A stretch of 64,000 nucleotides of DNA, taken from Octopus vulgaris (lineage: Eukaryota). Positions 1-12,079 of the stretch are shown here, piece by piece. The stretch spans positions 47,430,001-47,494,000 of the forward strand of contig OX597835.1 of the NCBI GenBank assembly GCA_951406725.2, in the 5' to 3' direction. Below the pieces are notes generated by a model that was not told the origin of the DNA, did not search any database, and saw only the letters and a list, made by a program, of their open reading frames with translations. The position numbers were made by a program, and so were the translations under genes. Numbering within the stretch: position 1 is the stretch's first letter; each line of letters opens with the position of its first letter.

Positions 1-183
1 AAACATTGTAAGTTCTCTTCCTTCTTTATCTTTTCTCGTTTTTTGCACGGATTATAGATGAACATAACACTTGACATAAAATGACTTAGCGGATCCTGTC
101 ATGTGGTGCTATTAAGTTAGACATGGCCTGGGCCAATCTTTGGCCAAAACATATCTAAGACATCTAAGTTATACATACATATA

Positions 184-230
<47 letters not shown>

Positions 231-234
<4 letters not shown>

Positions 235-673
235 ATAAATGAGGGTGAAAAATCGGTATTAATTTAATAATACCATCAATTTAACACCAAGTGGCTTAGC
301 ACAAAAACTACGGAGAAAATACAAATTTATACATAAATTATTAGAGAGTTATCCACTATGTGGATAACTCTAGTGCTAAAAATAGCTCCGAAGCAACCAC
401 AGAAGATCCGTTTCCAACTAGAATCAACACACATTTAACGGAAGGAAAGTGAAATACAACGAATAAAATAGATTGACTCTATACAATTGTTTCATTACTA
501 ATGCAATATGTAGTTTTACTTACACTTGCATCCATAAATCTTCGGTAGAGTTTGTCAGAAATGCAATTAATTAGACCGATTCGAGCGTCAAAAACACGAG
601 CGGTCCAACCAATTACATTTTTAGTTATGTCTCAAATTCCGCGCCAAAAGCATGCCTAGACTCTATTGGAAAC

Positions 674-674
<1 letters not shown>
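231..674 (-). mobile_element. Non-coding cassette between two (TA)n runs carrying a hammerhead motif; probable Penelope-like pLTR or non-autonomous element
   Basis: Unique island bounded by (TA)n on both sides; contains the hammerhead fold at 476-551 on the minus strand. Confidence 0.55.
476..551 (-). ncRNA. Type I hammerhead ribozyme motif (U4C core variant)
   Basis: Minus strand reads ACUCUA-CCGAAGA-[stem II with AUGCAA...UUGCAU]-GAAAC-AAUU-GUA-UAGAGU: 6-bp stem I, palindromic loop III, GUA cleavage triplet. Confidence 0.7.
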
Positions 675-755
<81 letters not shown>

Positions 756-792
756 AAGTAATGTTCATGTACAATGTCCTTCGAAACGTAAA

Positions 793-864
793 TCTATGTC
801 GTGCAGTGGGACTGAACTCAAAATCTTATGGTTGCAAAGCGAGCTTCTTAACCACTCGGCTATG
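793..864 (-). mobile_element. SINE family A head fragment (tRNA-like)
   Basis: Reverse complement TAGCCGAGTGGTTAAGAAGCTCGC...GAGTTCAGTCCCACTGC matches the family A head, with A- and B-box-like motifs. Confidence 0.6.
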
Positions 865-1399
865 CAATGCTCCAACACAAAAACTGGCAGTTGCCTTACT
901 TCTCGTTCGGGTTGTCTATAGTTTACTATTATAACACCCTGCGTCACGCTACTTTTCTCACCAACCAACTAACCAGACGACAAACCGACCTACCGACCAG
1001 CCATCCGACCAACTACCCGACCAACTAGCTACCCGTAATCTACCCACTTACGGAAGATAAGTCACTATCATCAAACTATCGTTTGGCAACCATGCAAAGC
1101 GTTCTCCCACATGAATCAACTCGACAAGCGAAGTTTCTCTACGGGTGTCGACTTGGCTAACCCCTAATACTCGCCACCACTCGCTGCCACCCGTCGGTAT
1201 CCGCCTCTATTCACCACCTCCCCTCTGCCATCCAACGGTACCCGCCGCTCACAGTTACTAAATACGACCTCAAAAATCACCCGCAAGCAAAGCGCCGAAG
1301 CGTGAAATGCAATTCTATTTCTTATCGTTGTCATTTTAGCGACGGCGTTCCGTCAGAAACCCACCCCCGGGTTTAGACGGGTAGAGACTATATATATGT

Positions 1400-1431
<32 letters not shown>

Positions 1432-1707
1432 CTATTAATAATTGTGTGTATGTATGCGTGTGTGTGTGCATATATGTATGCATATCTATGTGTGCATGTT
1501 TGCGTTCATATGTAAATGTGCACACTAAACACCCAAATATACATATATACACGCGTACATACATACATAGATGCATACATACAAACATACACACATACAT
1601 ACACATGCGCGCGGGCACACACTCACACACACGCACACACACACATATACACATTCATACATTCATGCATACATGCACGTACATATGTGTATATGTATGT
1701 CCATATA

Positions 1708-1840
1708 GTAATAGTTTAAGAACCTTGCTTCCCAGCCACATGGTTCCAGGTTCAGTCCCAGTGCGCGGCACCTTAGGCAAGGGTCTTCTACAAAGCCTTG
1801 TAAGTGGATTTGGTAGACGGAAATTGGAAGAAACTCGTCC

Positions 1841-1892
<52 letters not shown>

Positions 1893-1910
1893 TATATACA
1901 TACATACATA

Positions 1911-1957
<47 letters not shown>

Positions 1958-2189
1958 GTATATATGTATATATTTCTGATGCTGTTTGTCCCCCCCAAAT
2001 CGCTTGACAACCGATGTTGGTGTATTTATGTCCCCATAAATTAGCGGTTTCGCAAAAGACACCGATAAAATAAGTACTAGGCCTATAAAGAATAAGTCTT
2101 GGTGTAATTTTCTTCGATTAACACCTTTTAAGGCTGTGTTCCAGTATGACTGCAGTCAAATGACTGAAACAAGTAAAAGAATAAAAGAA

Positions 2190-2190
<1 letters not shown>
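1708..2190 (+). mobile_element. SINE family A, near full length, with internal microsatellite
   Basis: GGTTCAGTCCC B-box-like motif, GGCACCTTAGGCAAG, GGATTTGGTAGACGGAAA, internal (TA)/(CA) run, 3' CAGTCAAATGACTGAAACAAGTAAAAGA; matches copies at 4153, 18228 and 56368. Confidence 0.85.
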
Positions 2191-2255
<65 letters not shown>

Positions 2256-2337
2256 CATTTACTTGAACATATACTTGTGTGTATGCATAGCCGCATACAT
2301 ACAAAACATACATTCATACATAAATAATAAGATATTT

Positions 2338-2780
2338 TCATTTGTTATTAGGTATATGACTTTGAAAGTAGTGACCAACATATTTTCTCGTCCACTCACG
2401 ATTGACTGATGACATGTCGGGGATATTTTCATAAAGCCCTTCATCAATTGGATGTTGTTTCCATGGTTTGTTGAAAATAGCACGCACCATTCGTGTGTAG
2501 ATAGCATCCAGTTTGCTTTCCGTCTCTTTTGTCAGCGTCCAAAGAAAAACTGATTCTACGAAGGCTCTGATGATTTCCCTTTTCATTCTTTCAAGTGGTG
2601 TGGGACTTCGAAACAATTCTTCATCTCCCCACTGCAATCCATGCTTTCGTTATGTGAATTGATACATCATTTTCGATCAATGAGATATCACGTCCGAGAT
2701 AAAGGAAACGTCTGGCTTTCGTCTGGGATGTATCGTTCAACAAGTTGATCTGACCATTTCCTTTAGACACTGCAGTTCGC
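2338..2780 (-). pseudogene. RTE-clade LINE ORF2 3' fragment, degraded
   Basis: Translation AFVESVFLWTLTKETESKLDAIYTRMVRAIFNKPWKQHP resembles the RTE post-RT region; frameshifted. Confidence 0.7.
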
Positions 2781-2784
2781 AACC

Positions 2785-3025
2785 AGTGTTCATATGGCCC
2801 TTAGGGGTCCACATATCCCTTGAGGGTCCATATAATCTACAGTAAATCACTTATAATTCTACAATGCACAAAATATCTTAACAATTTTTTAAAATACAAT
2901 TTCTCATGATATTTAATTATAAAAATATAATTGGATAATTTAACATTAAGCAGCTATGAAGGTCCATCGAAGTTAAATGCAAATCAAATGAGTCCATAAG
3001 TAAAAAAATGGTCGAGAAAGACTGG
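2785..3025. mobile_element. Probable hAT-derived MITE interrupting the RTE fragment
   Basis: Begins CAGTG and ends AAAAAATGGTCGAGAAAGACTG, resembling hAT/Charlie CAG...CTG termini; AT-rich, non-coding; splits the RT fragment; no TSD visible. Confidence 0.4.
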
Positions 3026-3388
3026 CTTAAAGCAATCCCGAAAGCTGCATCAAGAGCTTGCAGTAGCTTTACAGCATCTGTTACTTTGTCAGCAAAGAAC
3101 ACAAGGTCGCCCGCATAACCAGTATCAGTGATCTTCTTGGTTAGACATCTCCTGCTTCTAGCTTTCTGTTGAATAAAATCAATGTTACGTCGACGTATGT
3201 AACATAATCTAGCGTTATGACGACCAAGAAGGGCGCCGGTGTATCTCTCTGTAGTAACTCCCACCTGAATATAAGAACAAAGTTTGAATCGCCATCTGAG
3301 GATCGCACAATCCATTATGTATTCTTATGTCGCATCATAATTGCCACCATTGTTTCTTGCAGTATTCCATAATTCCTCACTCTAAGAG
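3026..3388 (-). pseudogene. RTE-clade LINE reverse transcriptase fragment
   Basis: Frameshifted motifs YGILQETMVAIMM, LLQRDTPAPFLVVITLDYV (QGDTLAPFLF motif) and ITDTGYAGDLVFFAD (YADD motif). Confidence 0.8.
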
Positions 3389-3390
3389 TA

Positions 3391-3775
3391 AGATGTCCTA
3401 ACTGCGGAACTTGCAACTTCCTCTTAGAAGGCTCAACATACAAATTTAAGTCAGGTTAAACTTTTACCATAAAAAATCACTTCACCTGTGCTTCGAAGAG
3501 CTTAATCTATGTTCTCAGATGTGGAGGGTGTGGTGGAGACTACATAGGTCAAACTAGCTTAACCATGAGAGACAGACTAACGGTGCACAGGCAACAAATC
3601 CGGGATCCCACGACTAGGAAAATTCCGTAAGCAAACACCTAGACCAGTGCCCTTTAAACATAAACCCGAAATACTAAATCTTCCCTCTCTATCAGTGCAC
3701 CGGAAACACTTCAACCCAACTCCGTTTAAATAAGGAAAGCTTACTCATAAAAAATATAAACCACAACCGAACATC
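3391..3775 (+). pseudogene. Penelope-like element GIY-YIG endonuclease fragment (absent from the ORF track)
   Basis: Frame from 3391: RCPNCGTCNFLLEGSTYKFKSG*TFTIKNHFTCASKSLIYVLRCGGCGGDYIGQTSLTMRDRLTVHRQQIRDP; LIY...YIG motif preceded by CxxC; contains a stop and frameshifts. Confidence 0.85.
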
Positions 3776-4152
3776 CTTCAGAAAAAAGGAAAAAAACACT
3801 AAAGAGAAAAAAGGAAAAGACTAAATTTCTTCACAAAAAAACCCATCCAGGATGCTTATGCCCACAGACAAACACTCCCATGCATAGACACTCATACACA
3901 CAAACACAAAAACCACCAAAATACACTCACACATATACATACACACATCCACAAATACATAAACACACACATACACAGAAATATACACTCACGAATATAT
4001 ATGTATATATATATATATATTTATAAACATACATACATACATACATACATACATGCATGCGTACATACATGCATGCATACATACATGCATACATACGTAC
4101 ACACACATACATACATACATACATACATACATACATACATGCATACATACAT

Positions 4153-4302
4153 ATAGGAGTGGCTGTGTGGTAAGAAGCTTGCTTCTCAACCACATGATTC
4201 CGGGTTCAGTCTCACTGAGCAGCAAGTGTCTTCCTCAATAGAGTCGGGCCGACCAAAGCTTTGTAAGTGAATTTGGTTGACGGAAACTGAAAGAAGCCTG
4301 TC

Positions 4303-4358
<56 letters not shown>

Positions 4359-4627
4359 ATATATACATATACATATATGTATGTATGTATGTATATATGT
4401 ATGTATATATGTATGTATGTATTAGTGTCTGTGTTTGTCCCCAACCCCATCGCTTGACAACTAAGGCTGGTATGTTAGCGCCCCAATAAACTTGCAGTTC
4501 AGCAAAAGAGACTGATCGAATGTACTGGGATTGCAGGGAATAAGTCCTTGGATCGATTTGCTCGACTGAAGGCAGTGCTCCAGCATGGCCGCAGTCAAAT
4601 GACTAAAACAAATAAAAGAATAAAATA

Positions 4628-4628
<1 letters not shown>
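4153..4628 (+). mobile_element. SINE family A, full length
   Basis: GGAGTGGCTGTGTGGTAAG head, GGTTCAGTCTC, internal microsatellite at about 4303-4424, GCTCCAGCATGGCCGCAGTCAAATGACT tail. Confidence 0.85.
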
Positions 4629-4664
<36 letters not shown>

Positions 4665-4889
4665 CGTTTATCAATTCCTTTTGCAAGATTCCTGATGGGA
4701 AATCGTGTGTTGAAACATATTGTTGTACTTCGGGAAGCGCCTTTTATTTATTATTATGTTTTTTTTGCCGAATAAACACACTCACTATATATATATATTT
4801 TTTTTTCTTCAGTCGTTTATTATTATTGTTATTTTATTATTTTTATTATTTTGACGCTTGTCCATTGTCCGGAAAGGTAAAAAAAAACA

Positions 4890-5065
4890 AAAACAAAAAA
4901 CCCAACAAAGTATTAATAAGACGCTCAGAGAAGGAAAGAAAAGTGGTTTTAGGTTTCGAGCAAAACTCTTCGTCAGGAGCAGGAGACGGAGGAAAGTCCA
5001 AAGGGAAAGGAAGATGGAGGGAAAAAATCGCCAACGATCCACATGTACCGACCAATGGACATACG
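4890..5065 (-). mobile_element. Diverged copy of hammerhead cassette family H1
   Basis: Shares GACGCTCAG and AAAAAATCGCCAACG with the copies at 14456 and 35362; minus strand CUGACGA-A-GAGU-UUU-GCUC-GAAAC at 4953-4976; stems I and III decayed. Confidence 0.65.
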
Positions 5066-5100
5066 CCACCGCAACACTCACACATACACTCACTCACGCA

Positions 5101-5146
<46 letters not shown>

Positions 5147-5469
5147 CATACACGCGCACGCATGTACCCGCACGCGTAAATGAGCTGAGACCATCCAAGC
5201 TGAATTCTTCTTGTTGATAAGGCCTTGGTTAGCTTTAATAAACTTATGAACAACGACTTTCCACTCATGACCACCCTTTCGTTTTGTATATCAGGAACTA
5301 TGCTAGCAAACGTAACATTCTTTATTTAATGCACCTTAGTTCAATTTATGGAAAGTCGACCTGCTATTTCTAGCCTTTCGAGCGACCACTTAGAGGCCCG
5401 TTCATTGTCTCGTAACACAAAAGGAAATTATGTTAATTATGAGGTTAATTAACGAGGTAAAAAGAGATG

Positions 5470-5884
5470 ATGGTGGAGGTTGGGGCTGTGGTGGTGAGGT
5501 GATGATGGTGGTGGTAGAAGTGGCGTTAATAATGGTGGTGTTGATGGCGGCAGTGGTGGTGTTGGTGGTGTTGGTGGTAGTGGGGACCGTGGAGAGGGTT
5601 CTAATTGTAATAATGGTGTTGGTGGTGTTAGTGCTAATGGTGGTATTGATTGTTGTGGTGGTGATCATGGTAGTGGTTGTTTGGGTGGCAGTAGAGAGTA
5701 GCCGTAGTGGTGGTAGTGATGGATGTGGTGGTGATGGTAGTAGTGGGGAAGGTGGTGGCGTTGGAACGGTTTTGGTGATTATAGAGTTGAGAACGCGATG
5801 ATTATGACGATGGAGAGGCGATGAGGACGATAACAGCGATGATGATGATGATGGTGGTGGTGGTGGTGGTGGTGGTGGTGATGA

Positions 5885-5918
<34 letters not shown>

Positions 5919-5929
5919 GGTGATGGTGG

Positions 5930-5960
<31 letters not shown>

Positions 5961-5971
5961 GGTGGTGGTGG

Positions 5972-6017
<46 letters not shown>

Positions 6018-6126
6018 GGTGGTGTGTGGTGGTGATGATGATGATGATGATGATGTGGTGGTGGTGGTGGTGGTGGTGGTGGTGGTGATGATGATGATGA
6101 TGATGTGGTGGTGGTGGTGGTGGTGG

Positions 6127-6187
<61 letters not shown>

Positions 6188-6204
6188 GGTGGTGGTGGTG
6201 ATGA

Positions 6205-6238
<34 letters not shown>

Positions 6239-6258
6239 GATGGTGGTGGTGGTGATGA

Positions 6259-6292
<34 letters not shown>

Positions 6293-6306
6293 GGTGGTGG
6301 TGGTGA

Positions 6307-6340
<34 letters not shown>

Positions 6341-6345
6341 GGTGG

Positions 6346-6413
<68 letters not shown>

Positions 6414-6520
6414 GTGGTGATGATGATTTTGGTGATGATGGTGACGATGTCGATGGTGAGGTGAAGTTATTGATGATAGAAGGGACGATGATGATGATGA
6501 GGATGATGATGATCGTGATG

Positions 6521-6553
<33 letters not shown>

Positions 6554-6590
6554 ATAAAAGTGATGACGGTATTCATGATGATGATTATTA
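5470..6590. repeat. Compound (GGT)n/(GAT)n trinucleotide array
   Basis: Alternating pure blocks of GAT and GGT at about 5838-6425, with degenerate flanks. Confidence 0.95.
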
Positions 6591-6829
6591 TAGCAGTCGA
6601 AGTTTATTACAGTAACAGGAACGACTGTTATTCCAGTAATAGGGCACCGTCTGTTCCCCCCACCCCACCCCACCACCAACAACCCCTACCACCACCATCA
6701 CCCCCACCCCCTCCATTAATACCAATTCTACCTCCGTACTCAGCATATAATGTAATAAACGAGACATTCTTAGTTCGGGGTAGTTTCAAATAAATTGAGG
6801 GTAGTGGAGTGTGTAAATACCCTTACACC

Positions 6830-7355
6830 CTTCTATCTCGCTCTCCGCCTGTCTGTGTGTCCCTCTCTATCTATTTGTTTCTCTGGATGCCTGTCTCGGT
6901 CTCTAGGTCTCACTTTCTCAGTCTCTCTCCGTCTCTCCCTCTCTCTTTCTCTCCGTCTCTCCGTCTCTCCGTCTCTCCCTCTCTGTTTCTTCAGCTGTAT
7001 GTCTGCCTCTGTCTTTGTTTATCTGCCTGTCTCTATGTTGGTGTACCTATATCTGTCTGTCTGTCTGCCTGTCTCTGTCTGTCTGTCTGTCTGTCACTCT
7101 CTCTCTCCCTCTGAGTCTGTCAGCGTGTCTGTATGTATGCCTGTCAGTCTATCTGTGTCTCTCTCTTCTCTCTCTCCCTTTCTTTTTCTCTCCTCTCTGT
7201 TTCTGTCTCTCTTTGCCTCTCTCTATCTCTGTCTACCTCTTCTCTCTCTCCTTTTCTGTCTCTCTCCCCCTCTCTGTCTCTATCTGTCGCTCTATCAGCC
7301 CTCTCTCTCATCTGTCTATCTCTGTTTCTCTCTCCCGCTCTCCCTCTCCCTCTCC
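6830..7355. repeat. Degenerate (CT)/(CTGT) pyrimidine-rich repeat
   Basis: Visible directly in the sequence. Confidence 0.9.
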
Positions 7356-7421
7356 ATACTCGAACACAATTTACAAGTTATATATTTCAAATAACAAGAG
7401 AAGAAACGGTACGTCAACGTC

Positions 7422-7540
7422 AGTGTGGCTCTGTGGTTAACACGTTCGCTTCTCGACCATCTGGTCTTGAATTCAGTCCCACTGCGCACCAACTTGGGCC
7501 TGTGGCCGGTCAAAGCTTTGGGAGTAAATTCGGTGGAGGG
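7422..7540 (+). mobile_element. SINE family A 5' half, diverged
   Basis: GTGTGGCTCTGTGGTTAA...TTCAGTCCCACTGCGC...AACTGAACGAAGTCCGTC followed by (TATG)n. Confidence 0.7.
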
Positions 7541-8069
7541 TAACTGAACGAAGTCCGTCATATATGTATGTATGTATGTATATATGTATGTATGTATGTA
7601 CGTATGTATGTATCCGATTGAAGGGTCATCTCGGGTTTTTCCTAGCACCGAAGCAAATTTTGGTTCTGTTGTTGAGTCCAAGTAAAATGAGAAGAGTATT
7701 TACGTCTTCCTAACTTACCGCTGAAGTAGTTCTGTCTTCATCTGTGGTGGTGTTAGTTTCAGCCATAATCGTCTGAGCGAGATTCCACTTGGTGTGGATG
7801 TATATTCTAAAATCTGTTCACGATAACCCTACGTTGGTGAGCTAAAAGGTGTTTCTCTTATTAATTATTGGAGAAATAGACCAGTTACCGATTTAAGCTG
7901 GAGAAGTCGGCATATTTCTAGAGGAAGGCATTCAAAACGGACTTTTTAAACGGTTCTCTACACCTGCACATCCGGTGTTGACGGTGCCATTATGTATGTA
8001 TGTATGTATGTATGTATGTATGTATGTATGTATGTATGTATGTATGTATGTATGTATCTACATATCTAT

Positions 8070-8134
<65 letters not shown>

Positions 8135-8479
8135 GATGCAGTAAACTGTATTTTCCGGATCTCTGATCGTTACATCTTAAATTACAATACACACTGACAC
8201 ACTCTCTCTCTATATATATATACATCAGTAGATCTTTAATATACTGAACATAATAGAAATAACAGAAACAAAGAAGCAGGAAGAAACATAAGCATGATTT
8301 AAGTAAAGAATAAACTCCATCAACCTAATAAAATATATTCACTGTAAGTGCAATAAAAACAGATCCTGCACGAGACATTGAGAAACAACGATCCAGTTTT
8401 AGATACTGTAAAAACTCTGTATTATAACACCCGTTGCTCGGGTGTTATGACCTACAACCACTTTGTATTATATACATAT

Positions 8480-8531
<52 letters not shown>

Positions 8532-8676
8532 GTATGTACTCAATTTTCGATTATAAGCGGAACGTACGCACAACACACAGTGTACTCTGGCGTTGCCCCG
8601 GTCGTTGATAACAATAACAGCGCGACCAACTGGTACTGCAGTGTATGCCACTGATAATGCAGGAGCCAGTCCTGAT

Positions 8677-9380
8677 TTGATTAGACTTGAAGCTCCAAAA
8701 TACTGGCAGGGCACAATATGTGTACAAATGGTCCTAATACCATGAAACGGGATTCTTAAGTATGCTTAGGTATGGATTAACTAATTATGAGATAATCAAC
8801 TAGCGTAAATAACTAATTTAATTAGACTTTAAGCTCCAGTAATGAATTACATTGAATATTACTCCTTAGACACAAGTGATACTTAAATGAAAACTTGAGA
8901 AAAAACGGGTATGGTAAAACAAATTAAGAAGTTTTAATAAGACACGTAATTAGGAATTAATTAGACTTTCTGCTCCAGCGTCAGTTACTTCGCAGAAATG
9001 TTCACTAAACCCAACTGAATCTATTCATGTCACTTAAGAACCATTTTAGGTATGGATTTCTAATTTAAGAAGCATTTTCTACTAATCACTATATACTAAT
9101 TAAGAAGAAACATGCAGAAGCACTGTTTCCAAGCTACTTGATGAACGCAACATAGAAACATGTCTTATACCCAGTTGACCCAGTTGACAGGGAACGAAGA
9201 AATTAAGAAACATCCGAGGTATTGGAAGACAATAAGAAATCTTTAATTAGATCGTTAATTAGGTCTCAATTAGACTTTCTGCTCCGGTGTAAATTCTTTC
9301 ACAAAAATATTCGGTTCGTCAGACTGAATATAATCATAGTATGTTTGAATGATAGGTATGGATCCCTAATTTTAATTAAT
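8677..9380. repeat. Diverged tandem array, about 140-bp unit, about 5 copies
   Basis: TTAGACTT...GCTCC at 8681, 8822, 8961 and 9270; GGTATGG at 8769, 8908, 9049 and 9355. Confidence 0.7.
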
Positions 9381-9753
9381 TATCATATCCTCCTCTATTA
9401 AAAATGGAAAAAACACTTTTAACTGGAAAAATGTTGATTTTCCATTGCAAGGCATCGGAATCCTTCCTCCATTACTGATGCTGACTTCAGTCAACACATA
9501 ATGCATGTCGCTTTCGTTCATTCGAATAAAATTAATATTTAAAGAAGTAATTTTTCTCTTAAAGGTGACTTGTCCCTCACAAACTTAAAAAACGGAAACT
9601 GTTACAAACAATAAATAGATTAAAACTACAACAAAGGGCAACTTGCATCTTGGACAAAAATGTCACATAAATGCAAAATGGCTGTTAGAAACCAATGACG
9701 AATTGAAGCGTTTACGTACCATGTGGCAGCTGTGGCCTGTTGGCAAAACGGTA

Positions 9754-9786
<33 letters not shown>

Positions 9787-9834
9787 ATGTATGTATGTAT
9801 GTATGTGTGTATGTATGTGTGTATGTATTGCATC

Positions 9835-10318
9835 CTAACCACAGTTCCTAGCTCATTTCCACTGTGTGGCAATTAGGGTGTCTTCTACTATAGCCTCGGG
9901 CCGATCAAAGCCTTGTGAGTGGATTTGGCAGATGGAAACTGAAAGAATCCCGTCGTATATATATATTATATATCTGTGTGTGTGTGTGTGTGTGCGTGTG
10001 TGTGTGTGTGTGTGTTTGTGCGTGTGTTTGGTTTGGGCTGCCCCCCCCCCGTGTCACGGCTTGGCAACAGGTGCTGAGGATTCGACTAAAAATTCTTCAA
10101 GGTGGTGCCCCAGCATGGCCACAATCTAATGACTGAAACAAGTAATACATAAAAGGTGAGACACACACACACACACATACACACACACACGCACACACAC
10201 ACACACAGAGGCGCTGGCATGGCTGTGCAGTAAGAAGCTTGCTTCCCAACCACATGCTACAGGGTTCAGTCCTACTGTGCGGCACCTTGGGCAAATGTTT
10301 TCTACTATAGTCGTGGGC
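9835..10318 (+). mobile_element. SINE family A copy (9835-10155) followed by a second family A head (10208-10318)
   Basis: GTGTCTTCTACTATAGCCTCGGGCCG, internal (TG)n and CAGCATGGCCACAATCTAATGACTGAAACAAG; second head GGCATGGCTGTGCAGTAAGAAGCTTGC. Confidence 0.8.
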
Positions 10319-10382
10319 TATGTATGTATGTATGTATGTATGTATGTATGTATGTATGTATGTATGTATGTATGTATGTATG

Positions 10383-10414
<32 letters not shown>

Positions 10415-11105
10415 CATGCATGTATGTATGTATGTATGTATGCATGCATGTATGTATGTATGTATGTATGTATGTATGTATGTATGTATGTATGTATGTA
10501 TGTATGTATGTATGTATGTATGTATGTATGTATGTATGCGTATGTATGTGTATGTGTGTATGTATGTATGTATGTATGTATGTATGTATGTATGTATGTA
10601 TGTATGTATGTATGTATGCATGCATGCATGTATGTATGTATGTATGTATGTATGTATGTATGTATGTATGTATGCATGCATGTATGTATGTATGTATGTA
10701 TGCATGCATGTATGTATGTATGTATGTATGTATGTATGTATGCATGCATGTATGTATGTATGTATGTATGTATGTATGTATGTATGTATGCATGCATGTA
10801 TGTATGTATGTATGTATGTATGCATGCATGCATGTATGTATGTATGTATGTATGCATGCATGTATGTATGTATGTATGTATGCATGTATGTATGTATGTA
10901 TGTATGTATGTATGTATGTATGTATGTATGTATATGCGTATGTATGTGTATGTGTGTATGTATGTGTGTATGTATATAAGTATGTATGCATGTATGCATG
11001 TGTGTGTATGTATGTATGTATGTATGTATGTATGTATGTATGTATGCATGTATGCATGTGTGTGTATGTATGTATGACTGTATGCATGCATGTGTGTGTA
11101 TGTAT
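10319..11105. repeat. About 790-bp (TATG)n array with interspersed TGCA variants
   Basis: Visible directly; accounts for the long MYVC/HTYI ORFs. Confidence 0.97.
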
Positions 11106-11334
11106 GTTCGTACGTACGTACATATACACATATATTCAAACACGGAGTCGGCAGATGAACTACATTTCCAATGTTGGCAAATGTAAGATATTAGCAGCCA
11201 TTTTTTTGCCATCCAAACCTACAGAATAAATGCGAACCATTTATAAAAAACACAAGTAACACGTAAATAACTACGTATTACGTAAGCCAGATACTTCCTA
11301 TGGTTTCACATACATATTAGCAGACTAGCCCAGA

Positions 11335-11490
11335 AAATTCTGCATGATCACCGTACCATGTCTTGGAGTGTTGCCTCAAATTCCTGACAACTAGCAGCTT
11401 CCAGTTCACTTGGTGTGTGCCGGTAATTGGTGAACACTTCCGCTTTTAAAATAGCACCAAAGATAAAAAATATAGCAAACTGGCTATAGA
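11335..11490 (-). pseudogene. Tc1/mariner-superfamily transposase C-terminal fragment
   Basis: FYLWCYF then, after a frameshift, LKAEVFTNYRHTPSELEAASCQEFEATLQDMVR, matching the FFLWGYLK..VY...ELK.AI consensus. Confidence 0.55.
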
Positions 11491-12079
11491 CTGTGAATGT
11501 TGTAAGATATGACATGGTTAATGAGAAACTCTGTATAGTAATAACCGATATAGATAATATTGGTCGGTTGGTTGATGGACTGATTCCTCCAGTCACGCTT
11601 TACGTGGTTTACAGAGAAGGTGAGAGAGAATAAAGTTGATACAGAACGAGTTAACTCAAGAGGTGCAAAGTGAGTGCACATACTAAGTTTATTCACAGGC
11701 AATGAGTAAAAGAAACGCTACATACACTCACACACAGTAAGGGGAAAAAAAACCCATAGAGGCAGATAAAGGAGGATAAGGATAAGGAGAAGTAGAAGTA
11801 AACGATGAATAGTTGTATTTATGTTATATTTTTGGTTATTACTATGCACATAATAAGCTTGATTGCAGGCAATGAGTAAAACGTTACATACATACACATA
11901 GTGAGTGCGAAAGAATCATAAAGAAAGCTAAGGAGGAGGAGGAAAATAATTAGGGAGTAAATGGCAGAGTAATTATGGGAGGAGTTATATAAATGAGAAT
12001 TTTGTTTTATTTAATTTCATTTTAAGACAATAAATATTTTTCATTTGAACATTTGTTTTCATTTTATTTTTTCGAATAA

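Noticed and set aside
4153-4225. tRNA gene
   Set aside because: The A/B-box-like motifs belong to SINE heads; there is no complete cloverleaf and the sequence continues into the SINE body.
5779-6576. Poly-S/P/H ORF of 265 aa
   Set aside because: Pure GAT/GGT microsatellite, open in multiple frames.
7610-7990. Complex island as a possible exon or PLE fragment
   Set aside because: The frame I translated has stops and no recognisable motif; left unclassified.
8677-9380. CRISPR-like appearance (conserved motifs with variable intervening DNA)
   Set aside because: The units are homologous along their length, the period is 140 bp, the context is eukaryotic and no cas genes are present.
10097-11229. 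ORFs of 219-371 aa in several frames
   Set aside because: They are translations of (TATG)n, which has no stop codons in any frame; no coding signal.
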